Below, in pieces: positions 59,410-64,000 of a DNA stretch of 64,000 nt. How positions within the stretch are numbered: the first letter of the stretch is position 1; every line of letters starts with the position of its first letter. Under the pieces are notes generated by a model that was not told the origin of the DNA, ran no database searches, and was given only the letters and a program-made list of their open reading frames with translations. Source of the stretch: an uncultured Actinomycetes bacterium (lineage in GTDB: Bacteria > Actinomycetota > Thermoleophilia > RBG-16-64-13). A program made the translations under genes and the position numbers. The stretch spans positions 1 to 64,000 of the forward strand of contig CAVPLM010000011.1 in the NCBI GenBank assembly GCA_963706025.1, in the 5' to 3' direction.

Positions 59410-59661
59410 TTTCCGCTCGAGGCGTTCCGCCCGCCTCAGCCCCACGTGCGTGAGGGCTATGTGTCCCAGAGTGGTCCACTCGAGGATGCCGCGGTCGGCC
59501 CAGAAATCGCAGGCGCTCTCCGCTTCGTCCTCGGAGTGGCCCGTCTCCACGCGCACTTCCACGAACGAGACGCCACTCTTGGCCTTCCTGTCTGCCAGCT
59601 CGTACACCGTGCGCAGATAGTCCCGCTCGAGGCCACCCATGGCATGGGGTGCAAGCGTCAT
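59386..59661 (-). CDS. Small winged-helix-like hypothetical protein
   Basis: YLRTVYELAD...VSFVEV...WADRGILEW..GHIALTHVGL; AGGAGAGG RBS. Confidence 0.65.
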   Translation of the reverse strand: MTLAPHAMGGLERDYLRTVYELADRKAKSGVSFVEVRVETGHSEDEAESACDFWADRGILEWTTLGHIALTHVGLRRAERLERKGWSFAPF

Positions 59662-59853
59662 CGCGCCTCTCCTCTCTCCTCAGGGGAGCAGGGAACGATT
59701 CATTCTTGCCCAGAAGCCCTGAATCTATCCTGAACGCTTAGGAGGGTCTGCATGCCCGAGGGGGGCATCACGGCACACCCCCCGTCACCGTGAGCGCGGC
59801 CGGGCCGCCGATGTGAGCTGGGTCCGCCCGCCCCTCGCCAGGGGCCGTCCCCC

Positions 59854-60006
59854 CTATCCCCGATCCTCAGGCTTACGCTCCTCGGGCTTATGCCTGCCTT
59901 CGCGCTGCAGCCTGCTGATGCCCCAGAAGAGCACCCCCAGTCCGGCCAGAAACGCGCCTATTCCGATGGGCCCACTCCAGAACAGAACGGGGAACAGATC
60001 CTCCAT
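59854..60006 (-). CDS. Small single-TM protein
   Basis: MEDLFPVLFWSGPIGIGAFLAGLGVLFWGISRLQ...; AGGAGGAG RBS. Confidence 0.7.
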   Translation of the reverse strand: MEDLFPVLFWSGPIGIGAFLAGLGVLFWGISRLQREGRHKPEERKPEDRG

Positions 60007-60209
60007 CTCCTCCTCCTTTGGACGGGACACACGCGCTCCTCGAGCGTAGACCAGGGCGCACGAAGATCCTCGCGCCCAAGTCGAGTCTAGGGCGAAGACC
60101 GTTAGCACTCAAGAGAGGCTGCTGGTCAATGGGGGCCAGACTCCGACGTGGGCCCATGAGGATCCGGCCGGTTGGTCTCTCGTCTGGCCAGTACGGCGTC
60201 GCGTCGCGC

Positions 60210-62762
60210 CTATCCCCCCAGCCGGTACGTCTCAAACCCCGCAGCCGCCATACGCTCGGGTACATCGCGGACTTGCCTCCCGATCCTTTTCCTTCTCGGC
60301 CTCGGACAGCTGGTCCCAGGGCACCATGCACGGATGCGTCTTCTCGACGTCGCTCTTGACCGGCCCGAAGACGTAACCGGCGGCCCGCTTCTGCGCCCAC
60401 CAGCGCTCGTGCTCCATCTGGGCGAGCTTCTCTATCTCCGCCGCACTGAACTCCACGTGCCGGGGGCTTTCATCCTTGGCCGGGAGAAAGCCGCAGCCGA
60501 TCGCCTCGAGGTAGGTTGGGAACCAATCCGCCTGCTCGCGGTTGGACTCGCGATCCTCCTCGGTCAGATCGTCCCAGGGAAGCATGCGCTGACCCTCCTC
60601 CGGCGTAGTGGCGACGTTGTCTTCGGTGAAAGCTTCATGAATGGCCTGCGCGATCCTCTCTCGGGCGGCGCCGACCAGGACGTCGCGCGCTACCAGCCGC
60701 ATGAACGTCTCGGCATCGACGTGCAGTTCCAATTGAGGGGCCGGAGGGAGAGCCGACTGCTCGAAGATCTCTCGGCCACTCAGCATGCTCATGTCGATCA
60801 GGGATTCGAGCGAGCGCATGCCGTGCCGGTACTCGGGGATCTTGATCAGAGCTCGGAGCACGCCCGGGTCGATCCTGATGCGGCCCGAATGGTCCATGAG
60901 CTGTCTGGCGCCCATCTCGAGCTGAATGCGCAAAGCCACCGCGCGCCTGATCAGGTAGAGAAGATCCTCGTCGCCCCTCTGGTTGATCCCCAGGATGTCG
61001 ACGTATCCGCGGAGACGGCTGACGAAATCGGGACCTTTGACCATGCGGAACCGCTCGATCGTCTGGCCGTCGCCTCCCTCGCGCGTGAATTCGGCGAGAG
61101 AGTCGCTCGTGGCTCCGGCGAAGACGAAGATGGCCTTACCGATGGGGTGGCTCGACTCCCCGTCCTTGAAGCGCCCGTCCTGCATGGGATCGAGGAAGAA
61201 CTTGAGCCACCCGAGCGGTGCCCCCTCGAACGAGGCGTCGAACTCGTCGAAGAAGACGAGAGGCACCTTGCCCTCGAGCACAACGTCCCGCACGCGGTGG
61301 AGCGCGCTTGCCAGGTCGCGCGGAGACTCCCACTGGGCGACGTTGAAGCTCACGCTCTGAACCAAGCCCTCTCCGACGCTCTTGGCGATCTGCGTGACGG
61401 AGAAGGTCTTGCCGGCCCCGGGCGGTCCGAAGACGCCGATGCAGAGAGGACGCTTGACGTAGCCGGCCGCCAGGTATTCCGAGATGAGGTTCTTGACGCT
61501 GCGGTAGCCTTCGATCTCGGTACGGTCGATGGTCTTGAGCTTGCCGAAGCGTCCCACCGGAACCCGGTCCAGAACCGGGTCGGTGCCCCTCTCCACATAG
61601 TTGAGAGCCACCGCCTCCAGGCGTTCGTGCGTCGACTCCTGCAGGATGGTCCAGAAGTCGGGATCGGCCGAGGTGAGACTGCTCTTGACGGGGACCACGA
61701 CGTCGGCGATGACCGGATCGTGGGGAGAGGCCTCGAAGAGCTCGTCGAGGGTCCAGTCCGGATCCCGGCCCGACGTGCCGAACCCCGCCACAAGCAGCCG
61801 GCGCGAGGCGGCGATGCCGGCGCGGGCCCCCTCTCCCACCTGATCGAGGCCCCCGTTGGCCACCTGGCCGGCAAGGGCGGCAAGGAAGGCAGTACCCAGC
61901 CCCATCATCTCGCCCGGGTGTTGCTCGTCGTACTCGCCCTCGATGCGGGCCGGATCGTAATAGAGGACCGCCGTGGTCCGATCGCCGGCCACGGTGCGGT
62001 GGATGGCGCCGTCCAGCCCGAAACGGACGACCAGGTTGCGGCAGGCGGCAAGGGCGGCAAGCCTGCGGTTGTTGGCCATCTGCCACACGAAATCCTTGGC
62101 GGTGCGCTCCCAGGAGAGCCGACGAGAGACGTTCGCCCCTTCGCAGCGCAGGTCGTCCCCATCGATGACCACGACCAGCCGATCGGAGTGGCTGCGGGAA
62201 AGCTCCTGGAACAGGGGGCCCACGGCCAGAGGCCGGCTCATCTTGAGCAGGATGAGCGGCTGGCTGCCGGCAGCGACAAGGGCCTGCGGCCAGACCGATG
62301 GTTCGTCGCGGAAGCCGTTGCCGGCGTCGTCCAGGATGACAAGGTCCGCAAGCGGGTCGTCGGAAACGAGTCTCAAGGGCTGCAGTCGACCGCCGTCCGG
62401 CCCGGTGTAGCCGCAGTTGTCCTTGACGCGCCACACCTGGTCCCTGCCGTCGCCGTCAGCCGAGACGGCGAAAGCGAGCAAGCCGAACGTGGGAGTGAAG
62501 CACGTCGGTGGCCGGGACTCCCTCAAGGTCGAGAATCTCGGGAGCGGCCACGGTGGCGATGCCCGCTCCCCGCAACAGGCCGGCGAGCAGAAGCGCGCCC
62601 CCGGGCCTGGCGGTCAGCCGGATGCCGTCATGGAGTTGCCAGTTGCTGGAGCAGGTGGCATTGGTGGCGCGGCAGCCCCTCATGTCTTGCAGCCACCGGC
62701 CATTCGAGCCAATCGACGGTGACATCGCCTGCGACTACGGCCTTGAGCTGCTTCGTCTCCAT
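60210..62762 (-). CDS. PfkB-like N-domain + P-loop ATPase + C-terminal RyR-domain protein (frameshifted)
   Basis: VVAGDVTVDW; Walker A GPPGAGKT; Walker B VFFDEFD; RyR repeats AIHEAF...PWDDL and EHERWWAQKRAAGYVFGPVKSDVEKTHPCMVPWDQLSEAEKEKDR. Confidence 0.85.
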
Positions 62763-62936
62763 AGTGCCCCTCATCGATGAAGAAACAGGCGTCCGCATGG
62801 CAGAGATCATTCCACTTACACGTTATCACTCAAGAACAAGAGGCGCAGGCAATATAATCCGGCAAGACAAGGTCCAATGCCAAGTGCCCGAGAGGTTGAG
62901 CTCCCCAAGAGCGAGTGCCCCACGAAAGGAGTCTTC

Positions 62937-63380
62937 GTGAAATCGATCCTGGTCGGTGTGGATGGTTCCGAATGTTCGCTCAGGGCCCTTGATTTTGCCG
63001 CCGAGGAAGCGGCCCTTCGTGGCGCTCGCCTTCGCATCGTGTGTGTATGGGATATGCCAGAAATAGGGTATGCGGTGTCGGCCTATCCAGAGGAGGTCTT
63101 AGAGGACGTCTTCGAGGGTATCCGGGAAGAAGCAGAAGCAATAGTGGCGAAGGCTCGTGCCCGCGCAGCCGAACTCAAACCAACGCTCACCGTCAAAACC
63201 AAGGTCGTCAAGGGTCACCCAGGTGCCATCCTTGTCAGAGAAGCGAAAAGCGCAGACCTGGTTATAGTGGGAAACCGCGGCCGAGGCGGCGTTGCAAGCC
63301 TCCTTCTCGGCTCGGTCAGCCACCACGTGGTTCACCTCGCCCAGTGCCCGGTGGTCGTCGTGCGGGTCGCTGCGTGTTAG
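62937..63380 (+). CDS. Universal stress protein
   Basis: ILVGVDGS, VGNRGRGG...LLGSVS...AQCPVVVV. Confidence 0.93.
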   Translation: MKSILVGVDGSECSLRALDFAAEEAALRGARLRIVCVWDMPEIGYAVSAYPEEVLEDVFEGIREEAEAIVAKARARAAELKPTLTVKTKVVKGHPGAILVREAKSADLVIVGNRGRGGVASLLLGSVSHHVVHLAQCPVVVVRVAAC

Positions 63381-63454
63381 CTGCCAGATGAAGCGCACAG
63401 GTGGTGCGTCCAGGGGGAATCGGCTCTTGACCTACGGCTGCGAGTTGGTGTCTC

Positions 63455-63709
63455 ATGGAGGACGCCACCGAGGAGATCTGGGACCAGCGTATGGAAGTGG
63501 CGGGCATGCTGGGCAACGTGTCGCTGATGAACGGCGAACCCATCGTGCACGTGCACATCACGGTGGCCGACGAGCAAGGCCGCTGCTACGGCGGCCACCT
63601 GGGGCACAACACCCGGGTCTTCAACCTGGAGATCCTGCTGACTACCCTGTCCGGTCCCCCGGTCACCCGCAAGATGGACCCCCAGACGGGACTGACTATC
63701 TGGCATTGA
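63455..63709 (+). pseudogene. Chimeric, internally deleted duplicate of the 39537-40040 region (3' half of DUF296)
   Basis: Near-identical DNA to 39537-39569 fused to 39820-40038. Confidence 0.85.
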
Positions 63710-63764
63710 GCCTCCGGCAAGCTTCCGGCACTGACCCTTTAGTTGAGGTCCAGGTCGTTTCGGC

Positions 63765-64000
63765 CTAAGGCGTGTAGGCCCAGGTGTCGTTGAGAAGCGA
63801 GTTATCGCCCGGATCTCCCCCGAACATGATCAACCGGCCGCTCGGATGGATCGAAGACCATCGACTGACCGAAACGTGCGGCCGGGAGCGCCCCCCCTGG
63901 GTCCAACTCGGTCCAGGTGTTCGTGCTCGGGTCGTAGGCCCAGGTGTCGTTCCTGACGTCGCTTATGTGAGCGCCTGCCAGTCCTCACGAACATGATCAG
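63765..64000 (-). CDS. Kelch-repeat protein, C-terminal part (continues beyond the window)
   Basis: NDTWAYDPSTNTWTELDP...PAARFGQSMVFDP..GRLIMFGGD....LNDTWAYTP*. Confidence 0.85.

Noticed and set aside
40040-63455. Genomic island or prophage bounded by the DUF296 direct repeats
   Set aside because: No integrase, transposase or phage genes; the interior holds core-like genes (LCP, HIT, glgP). Kept only as a duplication finding.
63769-63952. Repeated gtaggcccaggtgtcgtt, a possible CRISPR-like repeat
   Set aside because: It is the NDTWAY motif of Kelch repeats on the minus strand.

Overview
High-GC bacterial chromosomal DNA, most consistent with an anaerobic Actinomycetota (Thermoleophilia-like; inferred from gene content and sigma-A-type promoters). 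Many long genes carry single-base frameshifts, typical of an unpolished long-read assembly, so many CDS calls join adjacent ORF fragments and their ends are approximate. I recognised no rRNA, tRNA, CRISPR array, transposase or integrase. Contents in order: PucR regulator; ion antiporter; CoA-activase/DUF2229 pair; MMPL; ZupT; PNPOx plus an RPH-type dikinase; hutH-hutI-ftcD-hutU; two tandem KimA-like transporters; a divergent H+-PPase; rubredoxin; ApgM; an aminotransferase; a flavoenzyme operon ending in a phloretin/DAPG hydrolase; LCP; a two-component system with an OB-fold target; a GltD/SfrB-like reductase; HIT; DUF1385; MFS; a membrane HD-GYP; GlgP; Rrf2; an FLR-like flavodoxin; a RyR-domain ATPase; UspA; and the end of a Kelch protein. 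The most interesting signals are four. (1) Scattered components of an anaerobic flavonoid C-ring cleavage pathway: an FLR-like reductase, a chalcone-isomerase remnant, an OYE/FAD reductase, a phloretin hydrolase and an SDR. (2) A six-codon ORF (MRYASW) with a strong RBS, a consensus promoter and a downstream hairpin, directly upstream of the membrane HD-GYP gene. (3) A PfkB-like + ATPase + RyR-repeat protein. (4) A duplicated DUF296 fragment with a 250-bp deletion between 7-bp microhomologies. Family assignments come from motif recognition and recall, not from database searches.
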